The notes beneath the pieces are model-generated. The model did not search any database and was not told where the DNA came from. It was given only the letters and a program-made list of their open reading frames with translations. A program made the position numbers and the translations under genes. Positions 7,683-17,282 of a stretch of DNA of 36,063 bases are shown here, one piece after another; position 1 is the stretch's first letter; every line of letters starts with the position of its first letter. The DNA comes from a virus (Duplodnaviria; Caudoviricetes): positions 1 to 36,063 of the IMG/VR virus record IMGVR_UViG_3300011335_000174; one strand, written 5' to 3'.

Positions 7683-10600
7683 TATGTGTAATTTTGCCCA
7701 AGAATTGTACCAAACCAGCTTGTGCCGTTAGAAAAGAACGAATAAATGTCTTTCTTGCTTGCGGTGCTAGTAACGGTTGGAGTAGTAGCGCTAGGCCACG
7801 AAACAGTTGACCATGTAACAGTGCGGCTACCTGTAGCGTCTTGAGACAAGATAATAATAAACGATTTGCCCGCTACAGCAGTAGGCATGGTTATCGTGGC
7901 GTTGCCGGTAAGCGTCAGGTTTTGAACCGTACCGTTTGCCAAATCCACCGTAATTGCGGTGCCAGTGTTGGCGGTGTACAGCGTTTCAACGTAGTTGGTG
8001 ACAGTTGGGTTGGTTAAAACTGCCGTAGTAATTGTCGGGCTTGTGCTGAAAACCAGATTGGTGCTAGTTGTTCCAGTAGCGCCAGCAGCGGTATAGCCAG
8101 TGATATTGTTAAAAGACGTAATGCTTGCGGTAGTAGCATTAGTCCCGCCGTTTGCTACAGGTAGCGCTGTACCAGAATAAGAAAGCGCTAAAGTGCCAGA
8201 AGACGTAACCGGGGAACCCGTAACCGTAAAAATTGACGGCGCAGACAATCCGACGCTGGTAACTGTTCCAGAACCGCCTCCACCACCAGCGGTAGCCCAT
8301 GACAACGTACCAGTGCCGTTAGTAGACAGAACCTGACCAGATGTTCCATCAGCGCTTGGCAGCGTGTAGGTGGTCGATCCAGCAGCAGCAGCAGGAGCAA
8401 ACCCTACATACCCAGATGTAGAGCCAGACAAGCGAAGTGTGCCGCTAACGTCAAGTTTAGATCCAGCCGTTCCCGTTCCACCAACTTTTAAGCCAGTGGA
8501 ATTGAGCACCATTTCTTGACTGGCTGCAACGTAAAATATAATAGGAGTGTTAGCCCTATTATTTATAAAAGCGGCAGATGAATTTTGAGCAAAATCAAAA
8601 CTATCTATTCCTACAGTTCCTGTTCCACCTAAAACTCTTACGGCCCCAAGTCCACTTGCATTTACATCATAAGATGGAGCCGAGCCACTTAAAGTAACTG
8701 CACCCCCATTAAACGTGAAATTGGAAGACGCCCCAAACGATCCAGAAGCGTTGTACTGAATCTGCGTGTTGGAACCAGCGGGCGAACCCCCGCCGCCAGC
8801 GTATTGCGGAATGTTAAGTGTGTTTCCTACAAACGTAGCCGCGCCAGAAGATCCCGTCGTGGTCAGCGTAATTGGCGCTTGGTAGTCCGTTCCGGCTGTG
8901 GCAGCAGTAAACGCGCTAGTGCCGTTGCCTTTCAAAACCCCGGTTAGCGTTGTTGCACCCGTTCCGCCGCTACCAACGGCCAAAGTCGCAGACAATCCTG
9001 CGGCTGTTCCGGTCGTGTTTTGGTTAAGCGTTGGGATGTCTGACGCAACTAGAGCGCGGAAAGTCGGAACCCCCGCGGCCGCGTTTGGTGCGGCTAAAAC
9101 AAATTTTGCAGTCTTGCTTGCGTATGGGTTAAGCGTATCGCCATAACCTGCCGATAGGCTAATGACCGGAGTGGACCCACCAGTAGATGCTACTGGCGAA
9201 GTTGCCGTAACGCTAGAAACTCCACCTCCGCCACCACCCGCAGGGACGGCCCAAGTGCCGTCTCCGCGCCAGAACGTCGTGCTAGATGCAGACGTTCCGC
9301 TATTTAGGTTTGTGACCGGCAAATTGCCGGTAACGTCCGTAGCTAAAGAAACAGCACCCCAAGTAGCCGTTGTGCCGCTTGATTTAAGAACCTGATTGGC
9401 CGTACCAACAGCCAACCGACCAGACGCATTGGTCCCGGTCCCGATAATCAGATCGCCCGTGGTCGTAATGGGCGAAAGCGCATTAAACCCGGCAGCTTTG
9501 GCGTTTTGACCCGTACCACCGTTAGCAATCGCAACAATACCAGTCAGGTTTCCTGCGTTGCCAGTCGTGTTCTGGTTCAGCGTTGGGATGTCCGACGCTT
9601 GAATCGTAGACATCGACACGTTTGTGCCGTTGCCACGCAGGAAATATCCAGCCGTTGTAGCACCAGCCAATGCGTTAATTGCGGCCTGTTGCGAACTGGC
9701 GCCTGTACCGCCATTGGTAATAGCGACCGTTCCCGACGTAATCTGCGAACCGGCAATTGCAATGTTAGTGTTTGCCGCTGCCGTCAGTTGACCGCGAGAA
9801 TTGACCGAAAAAGTCGGAACTTGCGAGCCACTGCCGTAATCACCAGCCGTGACCGCCGTGTTGCTAACGCTGAACTGGTTGCCAAGCAACGACAGACCAG
9901 CGCCGTTGGTGTACGCATAAGCACCCGTCGCAAACTGCGTAAACACCAGCGCAGTAGTGCCCATCGTAATGGGCGGCAGCGTGGTCAGCACCCAAGAAGT
10001 GCTTGCAAGCGTACTTCCTGCGGTAATCAAGAAATAGTTACCGGCATTGACTTGGTTATAGCCATTGCCCGCCGTGTTCATGTCAGTTGCGCGAGTCAGC
10101 ACAAACGGAGTGGACCCGTCACCTACTGTCGTGACAACGTACACACCGTTTTCTAGCGCAGAGGCTTGATCTTTAACAAGAATTCGAGCATTTGCCCCAG
10201 GCGTAACCGAGTCAACCGACAAAGCACCGTTAGCCGTTGCCGTCAGCGTTGCACCAACTCCGCTTGTGCCGTTGTTGTACGTTACCGTTGGTAACGCAGC
10301 AATGGTTGCCAAACTACAGGCAGTGTGAAACGTCAAACCCGCAGCAATTGCGTCAACATACGCCTTGTTGACAATATCGTTTGCGCTGGTCGGCGATGTG
10401 CTAATCTGACCAGTGGACGCCGATAGCGTCGTAAACGCCCCCGTAGACGGCGTGGTAGCCCCTACAGACGCATTATTAACTGTGCCGCCGGTAAACGTAC
10501 CACCCGTTACCGTTTTGCCCGTAAAAGTCAGCGCATTCGGCAAAGACAGCGTAACGGCTGACGCTCCGCTGGCCGTAATTTGGTTGGCCGTACCAGAAAC

Positions 10601-10912
10601 GCTGGTAACCGTGGACGTACCACCAGACGCAGCAGTTAAGCGCCCATATGCGTCAACAGTAATGCTGGCGTTGGTGTAACTGCCAGGAGCAACTGCCGTT
10701 GGTGCAAGGCTAATCGTGCCGCTGCTGGTGATCGGGCCACCAGTTAGGCCAGCGCCCGTAGCAACTTCAATAACCGAACCAGAGCCGCCGCCGCCGCCAA
10801 TATCGCTAACCGCAACCTGCTTCGTTACCCCATCTTGGACAATAGGAACGACTTCGGTCCCCGCTAGCGGGGTAGTCGCTGCTGGTAAACCCGAAATCGT
10901 AGTATTTGCCAT
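7682..10912 (-). CDS. Long tail/head fibre protein
   Basis: 1076 aa G/T/S/A-rich. NKAYVD, RILVKDQ..ENGVY..LTRATD, many GGTG repeats, poly-Gly linkers, C-terminal [11 protein letters not shown] domain. Confidence 0.8.
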   Translation of the reverse strand: MANTTISGLPAATTPLAGTEVVPIVQDGVTKQVAVSDIGGGGGSGSVIEVATGAGLTGGPITSSGTISLAPTAVAPGSYTNASITVDAYGRLTAASGGTSTVTSVSGTANQITASGASAVTLSLPNALTFTGKTVTGGTFTGGTVNNASVGATTPSTGAFTTLSASTGQISTSPTSANDIVNKAYVDAIAAGLTFHTACSLATIAALPTVTYNNGTSGVGATLTATANGALSVDSVTPGANARILVKDQASALENGVYVVTTVGDGSTPFVLTRATDMNTAGNGYNQVNAGNYFLITAGSTLASTSWVLTTLPPITMGTTALVFTQFATGAYAYTNGAGLSLLGNQFSVSNTAVTAGDYGSGSQVPTFSVNSRGQLTAAANTNIAIAGSQITSGTVAITNGGTGASSQQAAINALAGATTAGYFLRGNGTNVSMSTIQASDIPTLNQNTTGNAGNLTGIVAIANGGTGQNAKAAGFNALSPITTTGDLIIGTGTNASGRLAVGTANQVLKSSGTTATWGAVSLATDVTGNLPVTNLNSGTSASSTTFWRGDGTWAVPAGGGGGGVSSVTATSPVASTGGSTPVISLSAGYGDTLNPYASKTAKFVLAAPNAAAGVPTFRALVASDIPTLNQNTTGTAAGLSATLAVGSGGTGATTLTGVLKGNGTSAFTAATAGTDYQAPITLTTTGSSGAATFVGNTLNIPQYAGGGGSPAGSNTQIQYNASGSFGASSNFTFNGGAVTLSGSAPSYDVNASGLGAVRVLGGTGTVGIDSFDFAQNSSAAFINNRANTPIIFYVAASQEMVLNSTGLKVGGTGTAGSKLDVSGTLRLSGSTSGYVGFAPAAAAGSTTYTLPSADGTSGQVLSTNGTGTLSWATAGGGGGSGTVTSVGLSAPSIFTVTGSPVTSSGTLALSYSGTALPVANGGTNATTASITSFNNITGYTAAGATGTTSTNLVFSTSPTITTAVLTNPTVTNYVETLYTANTGTAITVDLANGTVQNLTLTGNATITMPTAVAGKSFIIILSQDATGSRTVTWSTVSWPSATTPTVTSTASKKDIYSFFSNGTSWFGTILGQNYT
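9009..9598. repeat. 38-bp direct repeat pair inside long fibre gene
   Basis: 9009-9046 and 9561-9598 match at 34/38 nt; both encode [13 protein letters not shown]. Confidence 0.8.
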
Positions 10913-10915
10913 GCT

Positions 10916-11191
10916 TTACTCGAAAAACACTGTTGCAGCGACAGTTCCGCTGATAACAACGTACAAGCCAGAACTGAAGTATACCCCGCCTTCATCGCCG
11001 GTGAATACGTAACTGGTCGCGCCCACTGGCGTAAACACCCCGACAATTGTGTCGGTCGTGGTAGCCGCAGCGCTGTTATAAACCGTAATCGTAGGCGTGC
11101 CGCTGGCGGCGGATACGAAAATGCCTTTCAGCTTGCCCGCCATCGGCTTAACGTTAGCCGAGGCAGTCAAATACTTATAAGTTGCAGCCAT
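10916..11191 (-). CDS. Hypothetical small virion protein
   Basis: 91 aa beta-rich; TAATG-coupled in the late operon. Confidence 0.6.
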   Translation of the reverse strand: MAATYKYLTASANVKPMAGKLKGIFVSAASGTPTITVYNSAAATTTDTIVGVFTPVGATSYVFTGDEGGVYFSSGLYVVISGTVAATVFFE

Positions 11192-11946
11192 TACGTCGGG
11201 TTCCTAATCAAAATGCCTTCAATGATTACGCCAACCGGCGCGGTGCTTGTCCCAACCGCACATTGCCACTGAAGATCAGTTTTTTCCGTGTACGGAAACG
11301 GCACTACGCGTCTTGCGTTGTAATTACCAAAAAACGGAGATTGCAAAACAATATACGTCGTTCCGTTTACATTATCCGCAGCAGATACGCGGTATAAACT
11401 GTAGTTGCTTCCGCCTCCGGCCTCGCTAACATACGCATCAACGCGGGTCAAATAAAAAGTGTGTCCTGCGGGAACAGAATAAACCGCCGCTTGAGATTTT
11501 CCTATGCCAGCGTTAATTTGCCCATACGTAACGGTTTTGCCGACGTTGCTGACAATAATATTGCCAACCGGATTGTCATACACCGCATCCGTTGCCAACA
11601 CTCCGTTGATACGCAAAAATTTGTTGACTGTTTGAACGCCAGTCGTGCCGTTGGTCAGAATGACAGCTTCAGAAATAGGTAGAAAATTCTCACCTAACCC
11701 ACTGATTACTATACGACAATTTACATCAGACGCTGATGAACTGTACACCAGCATATTGATCGGGGTGGCGGGAAAAACGTAGGCAACAGTCTTTTCCCAA
11801 ACTGCAATCGGCGTCCCCGTACCAACAGAAGGTTGGTATCCGAACACGTTGACCAGCGTATGCCCAGGGATCTGCCCCCGTGCTACTTGCAGTTCAAACG
11901 GCTCGTTTTTACCAAAGTAGGTTTGGGAAAACGTCGGAGTTGTCAT
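11191..11946 (-). CDS. Hypothetical virion structural protein
   Basis: 251 aa, EPFELQVARGQIPGH N-terminus; ATGA-coupled. Confidence 0.6.
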   Translation of the reverse strand: MTTPTFSQTYFGKNEPFELQVARGQIPGHTLVNVFGYQPSVGTGTPIAVWEKTVAYVFPATPINMLVYSSSASDVNCRIVISGLGENFLPISEAVILTNGTTGVQTVNKFLRINGVLATDAVYDNPVGNIIVSNVGKTVTYGQINAGIGKSQAAVYSVPAGHTFYLTRVDAYVSEAGGGSNYSLYRVSAADNVNGTTYIVLQSPFFGNYNARRVVPFPYTEKTDLQWQCAVGTSTAPVGVIIEGILIRNPT

Positions 11947-12305
11947 GCCAAGAACCTCAATTTGTAGAGGGTGGACAGATACAACGCAACAATTTCGTCG
12001 ATCAAATTCTGCAACGCCGTGTCAGATTTGTCTACAACGTCGTAACGTACATTTTCAATCTCAGCCAACTGATCCTGCAAAAACTCAATAATGTTGGTCG
12101 TTTTCTTAGACGACATCAGCGTAATCGGCCCAACCAGCCCGTGGCGCCCCTGATACGCTTCCGTAAACCCGTCTGCCAAGTCCACAATTTCACTGTAGAA
12201 CGTGTTAAGCGCCATGTGCTTACTGAAACTGCGCGTATTTAAATGGACGCTATGCGCCACATCCCGGCCTAAAAACAACAAGCCAACAAAATCACAGACT
12301 TTCAT
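11943..12305 (-). CDS. Ferritin/Dps-like four-helix protein
   Basis: AHSVHLNT..H..L..FY..I.DLAD...E pattern resembles Dps ferroxidase ligands; ends YKLRFLA. Confidence 0.65.
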   Translation of the reverse strand: MKVCDFVGLLFLGRDVAHSVHLNTRSFSKHMALNTFYSEIVDLADGFTEAYQGRHGLVGPITLMSSKKTTNIIEFLQDQLAEIENVRYDVVDKSDTALQNLIDEIVALYLSTLYKLRFLA

Positions 12306-14464
12306 TGCATTACACCCTCAGGCATCATTTCCATTGGCTCAGGCTGTTCACGCATCTCAGGCATCAGCATACTTTGCGACTCCATCGCCGCAGCAACCAC
12401 GCCCATCGCAATATCTTGGATCTGCTGCTCGGTCATACCCGCTTGAACAGCGCTGATGCGCTTGGTTTCAGCGTCAAACGCCTTGATCTTGGCCTCGTAG
12501 TCCTTGCGCTCCATGTCTTGCGCTTCCATAGACTTGCCGACGTTCTGCAACATCTGATGCAACTGATCCAGTTCTGCCGCCATCGCTTGCATCTGCTGCT
12601 GCGCGGCTTGCAGACCTGGATTGTCCTCGGCGTCACCCATTAGTTTAGGGTCAATCGTCTTGGCAAACCGTTTTGCCATCTCTTGAGCACCCGGCCAATC
12701 CATGTTCTTAACGAACAGATCGCCAGCGACCGCCCACAGTTGCGGGTTGCCCTGCAACAGTTGCGCCATCGCCTCAAGAGCCTCTTGGCGCTTGGTTGCG
12801 TAGCCTGGGCCGGTGGCTACTACAACGTCATATTTACCAACAGCCGGGTTGTAGATCTTGTCGATCACAATCCCTTCTTGGTTCTGGATCTTACGCACTG
12901 GCTCGGCCTGAGTCGGGTCAATTTTGACCATTTTGGTCTCGCCATCCAACCCGATAATGCGGGCGATGCGCTGCGTGTCGTAATACTTAGGTATTAGATC
13001 GACCAGTTGCCGCCCGATGTGGCGAACTGCCCGCGCCAAGTTGTCTTGGTAATGGTAAGTACCGACATCACCCTCGCGCTGGCGGGCCAGAATAGCCTTG
13101 CCAGAACGCTCGTTCGATGTTTGCCCAAGTGATGCGTTGTATTGTCCAGTCGCACTCTTGATGTCCTCGGACGCCCCCATTTTGGCCTGAATCAGACCAG
13201 TTTGGGCCATTGGCGGCAAAGCACGCTGTGGCAACGGTAAAACCGCGCCTTGCCCGTCCGTTACATCCGGGTTCACCTCCAAATACGGCCAATTCTGGGT
13301 GTTCGCAGTCTTCCATTGGGTCTCATACCCCTCAAACTGCCCGCCATAACCAATAAACGGTGCTTTTGGAGCCAGCGCCAGCATTTCTGCCTCTTGGCTA
13401 GTCCAAGAGTTGTACATCCGTTGGGCGTCTTTGGCGTTTATGACCAGCCACCTGATGTAAATGCGGCCCTCAACCTCAAATTCGTTGCCGATTACCCGCA
13501 CAACGGGGATGAATTTACCGGCCCACTCCTGTTCTTCCAAGATTTCGTAGCCGTTGATCTTGCACCACTTGATCTTCTTGCGATCCGCTTGGCGCGACTT
13601 CTTAGGTTTGCCGTAAACAGCCCGCAATTGCTTGTCTTCGGGCGTTCCCTCAAACGCAGTCACATTGCCGGGGTACAAATTCAACGTATGCTTGTCGTAT
13701 TCAATGTAAAAATACTCAGCAATACGAATCGTGTCGGTGTTTAGCCACTGGCTCAGGTTTTGATCCCCAACACCCAACGTTTCCAGCGTGGAAAGTGGGG
13801 AAGCGTTGGGGAAAAGCCGGTGATATTCCTCTCGGGACAGGTCTTCGGTGATAAAACACCACTTGGCGTCCGATCCGCACGGGTCTTGAATCAGCGGGTC
13901 CATGTAGACCGAGAAACTATTGCGAACCCGAGCGATTCGTAAATCTTGGTCGAACGTATCTTCGTCGCAATACTCGCTCAGGATGCGGATATAACCCTCG
14001 CCATAGGCGACTTGGTTCTCGCAAGCCGTGTCATACGCCACATCCGCATCCGAGATGTACTCGATATGCCGGATCATGCCGTTGTAAATCTCGGCAACCT
14101 CAACATCCGCGTCATCATTGACCGGGATGACCTTGACACTAGGCCGGTTCTGGCGCTGATCGTTCGTAATCTGGTGAACGTGCTGCGGCAGCTTGTTGAT
14201 CGTCAGACAAGGCCTAGCGTTAATCGTCTGACCCTGCACCGCACCACGGGTTGCTAGCACATCCGCAGGCCACTGCCACTGGTTATCTGGACTACCCGCA
14301 TAGAAACGCAGGTCATCTAACTCATCTTCCCGACTTTCGGAATACGCCGAGATCGCCATCGACAGGCGATCCCGCGCTGTTGATAGCACATCTGAATCGC
14401 TCTTTAAAGGTTTACCCCCAAGTGCGACGTTTCCTACGGCGTTAATTCCGGTGTAATCGCTCAC
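12302..14464 (-). CDS. Portal protein, P22 gp1-like
   Basis: 720 aa, GTG start. DDLRF...QW, RPCLTINKL, KDAQRMYN.W, SGKAILARQ and GKYDV.V.TGP.Y.TKRQEA motifs; Q-rich C-terminal barrel. Confidence 0.92.
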   Translation of the reverse strand: MSDYTGINAVGNVALGGKPLKSDSDVLSTARDRLSMAISAYSESREDELDDLRFYAGSPDNQWQWPADVLATRGAVQGQTINARPCLTINKLPQHVHQITNDQRQNRPSVKVIPVNDDADVEVAEIYNGMIRHIEYISDADVAYDTACENQVAYGEGYIRILSEYCDEDTFDQDLRIARVRNSFSVYMDPLIQDPCGSDAKWCFITEDLSREEYHRLFPNASPLSTLETLGVGDQNLSQWLNTDTIRIAEYFYIEYDKHTLNLYPGNVTAFEGTPEDKQLRAVYGKPKKSRQADRKKIKWCKINGYEILEEQEWAGKFIPVVRVIGNEFEVEGRIYIRWLVINAKDAQRMYNSWTSQEAEMLALAPKAPFIGYGGQFEGYETQWKTANTQNWPYLEVNPDVTDGQGAVLPLPQRALPPMAQTGLIQAKMGASEDIKSATGQYNASLGQTSNERSGKAILARQREGDVGTYHYQDNLARAVRHIGRQLVDLIPKYYDTQRIARIIGLDGETKMVKIDPTQAEPVRKIQNQEGIVIDKIYNPAVGKYDVVVATGPGYATKRQEALEAMAQLLQGNPQLWAVAGDLFVKNMDWPGAQEMAKRFAKTIDPKLMGDAEDNPGLQAAQQQMQAMAAELDQLHQMLQNVGKSMEAQDMERKDYEAKIKAFDAETKRISAVQAGMTEQQIQDIAMGVVAAAMESQSMLMPEMREQPEPMEMMPEGVMQ

Positions 14465-14610
14465 TTTTTCTTTGCCGTCTTAGCCGACTCTTTGAAGTCC
14501 TTAGCCGTTGGCGCTCCGGCAGACCCAGGCTTTCGCATCTTCTCGCCAGAACCCGCCTTGATGCGTTCTTGCTTGGCGTGGATGTTAGCGTATAGACCAG
14601 GTTTACTCAT
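14461..14610 (-). CDS. 49-aa Lys-rich microprotein (absent from ORF track)
   Basis: MSKPGLYANIHAKQERIKAGSGEKMRKPGSAGAPTAKDFKESAKTAKKK; ATGA/GTGA overlaps on both sides. Confidence 0.75.
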   Translation of the reverse strand: MSKPGLYANIHAKQERIKAGSGEKMRKPGSAGAPTAKDFKESAKTAKKK

Positions 14611-14738
14611 TTCTTCTTCGCCGCTTCGCGTTTAACGGCGTAACTTATCGCAACTGCCTGTTTGACTGGCTTGCCAGCCTTAACTTCAGTCTTGATGTTT
14701 TCTTTAAATGCTTGTTTTGACGGCGATTTCTTGAGCAT
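14607..14738 (-). CDS. 43-aa Lys-rich microprotein (absent from ORF track)
   Basis: MLKKSPSKQAFKENIKTEVKAGKPVKQAVAISYAVKREAAKKK; TAATG overlap with the terL stop. Confidence 0.75.
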   Translation of the reverse strand: MLKKSPSKQAFKENIKTEVKAGKPVKQAVAISYAVKREAAKKK

Positions 14739-16261
14739 TATGCACCCATCCAAGAGCCAGCCATTGCGTCGCGGTTCATCGTAATCGTACGAGGCCGTTC
14801 AACGTACTCACGATGCGCCACAGGATAGGCAAACGTCACCGCCAGCGCGTCTGCTGCGTCGGGGGATGCCAACCCTCTAGACTTCATCTCTTTCTTACCT
14901 TCCAGAAAGATTGTACCCGCCGAGTTGGGCTTCTTCATCGGCCCAACCAAATCATCTTTAAGCATTTTGTCCTGTGGGATGCTGGCTGTCCTCAGCCATT
15001 CGCGCATTGCGCCCCACATTTCAGCCCGCTTGTTTCCCCACATTACAGGGTTTTTGGCTTTCCAACCAAAGTTTACCCCTCGTACCTTATACCGTTGTTC
15101 GGTCAATCTGTCAAGTATACCGTAGCCCAAACCACCTTCGTCTATTACTGTTAACGTTGGTTTGTATTCGTCAATCGCGTCAATGACACGCCCGACAATC
15201 GACATCGTATCCTCACCCTTGTAGCGTTTGATCGCCACAATGTCACGCCCGCGTCTGACTACTATTACCGTACTGTCCAACCCGCCGCGTGCCGGATCGA
15301 CACCTATTACTATAGGCGCGGTCTCGTCCTTGTACCGTGGGCGCTTGAATGCGTCCTCGACAATGATTGGCGAGATGAACTGATCCTCGCCAGCGCTTGG
15401 AAAGTCGCCATACACTTCCACTCGCGCCTGGATAGAATCCTCGCCATACTCCGCGATGATCTGCTCGTAGACCTGCTTGTCCGTCCCCTCGACTGTTCTA
15501 GCGTCTATCTGGCGTGTCTTCCAAAAGTCACGCTTACTATTAAACGTCTCGAAAAAATACCCGCTATTGCGCCGGGGGTTGCTAAACGCAAACCAATAAC
15601 GGTCCAGAATGTTTTCTGTGAAAAAGCCAGCCCCCACCGACCAGATAGCGTCGGCGATACCTGACGCCTCATCAAAAATCAACATCATTCCGTCGTGGTT
15701 GTGTACCCCGGCGTAAGCGTCAGGGTTTTCTTCACTCCACAACTTACCTTCCGCTGCCCAATAGCGCGTGCCTTTCTTTAAGTCGCGCTCAACCAGTTCG
15801 GTCAACCATTGCGCCGGCACGATCTTAGTTGCGCTGATCTCCCACCAGTGGCTGTTGATGATCATCGCCTGCCACTTGGTCAATTCGCCCCAGGTAACAG
15901 AGCGCAACTGCGCTTCACTGTTGGCGCTCACGATGACCGTCGAGCCGATCCGCGTGGTCAGCATCCACAGGATCAGCCAGCTAACTAACGCCGACTTACC
16001 AATACCCCGTCCGCTGGACACCGCCTCGCGTAGCGTGTCCATGTTGACTTTGCCCTCGTTGGCTTTGATGTGCTTATTAATGTCGCGCAGGATTTCGCGC
16101 TGCCATTTGCGCGGCCCTTGGAACTTAGCTAACGGTGTGTTCGGTTGACCCCAAGGAAACGCGAACAATACAAACGCTTCAGGATCGTTCGCTATCGCGG
16201 GCGACCACAACCGCGTCATCAACGTCTGCTCTTCGGCTGATGTATAGATCGTTCTTTGCAT
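14738..16261 (-). CDS. terL: Terminase large subunit
   Basis: Walker A SGRGIGKS, Walker B LIFDEASG, nuclease IGVDPARGGLD and SPDAADAL. Confidence 0.93.
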   Translation of the reverse strand: MQRTIYTSAEEQTLMTRLWSPAIANDPEAFVLFAFPWGQPNTPLAKFQGPRKWQREILRDINKHIKANEGKVNMDTLREAVSSGRGIGKSALVSWLILWMLTTRIGSTVIVSANSEAQLRSVTWGELTKWQAMIINSHWWEISATKIVPAQWLTELVERDLKKGTRYWAAEGKLWSEENPDAYAGVHNHDGMMLIFDEASGIADAIWSVGAGFFTENILDRYWFAFSNPRRNSGYFFETFNSKRDFWKTRQIDARTVEGTDKQVYEQIIAEYGEDSIQARVEVYGDFPSAGEDQFISPIIVEDAFKRPRYKDETAPIVIGVDPARGGLDSTVIVVRRGRDIVAIKRYKGEDTMSIVGRVIDAIDEYKPTLTVIDEGGLGYGILDRLTEQRYKVRGVNFGWKAKNPVMWGNKRAEMWGAMREWLRTASIPQDKMLKDDLVGPMKKPNSAGTIFLEGKKEMKSRGLASPDAADALAVTFAYPVAHREYVERPRTITMNRDAMAGSWMGA

Positions 16262-16640
16262 TCTCTAGCACTCTGGTTTGCGCGGCTTCTAAGGCTTGGG
16301 TAATGCTGATCCGTTGGTAGACATCAACACTGACTTCTTGCTTGGCTGTCCACTCATGCCGGTGGCGCAGAATTTCTAACGCCGCCTTGGAGTCGCCGCC
16401 CATTGCCGCGTCGTGCAGCACTTTAGACACTTCGCGCTCGCTATCTGCGCGGCCTTTCTTTTCCGCAATTTCCGCTAGCGGGTCTAGCTGACACAGTTGC
16501 CGGTATTCCGTCGGCAGCATTCCTGCGGCCAGCGCCAGCGAATCGCCCTTCAGACCTAACTTCGCCGCGTCATAGATGGACTGAAGACGCGCCTCTGTCG
16601 CCCGGACATCACGAACTGTTAGTGGCAAAGATTTGAACAT
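16179..16640 (-). CDS. terS: Putative terminase small subunit
   Basis: 153 aa helical protein directly upstream of terL and overlapping it by 83 nt. Confidence 0.65.
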   Translation of the reverse strand: MFKSLPLTVRDVRATEARLQSIYDAAKLGLKGDSLALAAGMLPTEYRQLCQLDPLAEIAEKKGRADSEREVSKVLHDAAMGGDSKAALEILRHRHEWTAKQEVSVDVYQRISITQALEAAQTRVLENAKNDLYISRRADVDDAVVVARDSERS

Positions 16641-16646
16641 GGCAGA

Positions 16647-16701
16647 AGTGTATCAAAAAAATTTTAAAAAACACTGCAAAAATTTTTTAAAAAATGTTTG
16701 C
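16647..16701 (-). promoter_or_regulatory. Extended -10 promoter with A/T tracts, likely leaderless terS mRNA
   Basis: Minus strand TGA-TACACT-TCTGCC-ATG; no SD; long A/T runs upstream. Confidence 0.5.
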
Positions 16702-16833
16702 GGGGGGTGCGTTTACGTGACCGGTCGGGCCAAGGCCCTACCCGGGGGCCTCGCGCCAAAAGCCAAAATACCCCGCTGTTTGCCATGGGCACAAAGTCCA
16801 TTCGGCCATCGCGCCAGCGTCCAGGCCATCGCC

Positions 16834-16887
16834 CGTGTGCGCCATGCGCGTGCGTGCGCCCGTGTGCGTGCGTGCGTGCGCGTGTGC
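16834..16887. repeat. (GTGC)n-like alternating purine-pyrimidine tracts
   Basis: Perfect alternation at 16834-16842, 16843-16859 and 16861-16887. Confidence 0.8.
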
Positions 16888-16890
16888 CAT

Positions 16891-17193
16891 CTGTACCCAC
16901 ATGTTAGCGTCCTAAAAAATCGTAACAAAAAGTAGAACGTGAGCGCTAATGTTAGCGTTTGTTGGCACTTTTTTGGGCACAAGTGGGCACACTTTTTGGC
17001 TTAACCATGCGGGTTACAGCGTTTGTGCCCACATGTTAACTATGTTTTTCCGAAAGTTTGCGAAGTGCTGACAACGCGGCGATTCCCGTGACATTTATAG
17101 TTCTATTTCCTATATATATTATTTTCTTGTTATGACTTAAAAACAATAGCTAACATGTGGGTACAGGGTTACAACCCGCATGGTTAAGCCAAA
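16891..17193. repeat. Long inverted repeat around AT-rich core; candidate replication origin
   Basis: Arms 16995-17049 and 17139-17193 (outer 21 bp perfect); 16891-16908 is the exact reverse complement of 17149-17166. Confidence 0.75.
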
Positions 17194-17282
17194 TAATGTA
17201 GACACTCGACGCGCGTTTAACGCTCACAAAACGCTCACACAGTGACTACAACTGCTGGTTGTAGGAAAGTGTCAAAAGTTTG

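Noticed and set aside
9506-10156. 216-aa plus-strand ORF and similar antisense ORFs in structural genes
   Set aside because: Expected shadows of Gly/Thr/Ala-rich genes; no independent signals.
4362-10912. Diversity-generating retroelement acting on the fibres
   Set aside because: No reverse transcriptase; repeat differences are synonymous, not adenine-specific.
16633-16982. Four overlapping ORFs of 69-100 aa in the control region
   Set aside because: Low-complexity translations of the (GTGC)n and A-tract sequences; no SD.
16891-17240. Repeats as a mini-CRISPR array linked to the Cas4-like gene
   Set aside because: Copies are inverted and irregularly spaced; solo Cas4-like nucleases are normal in this replication module.
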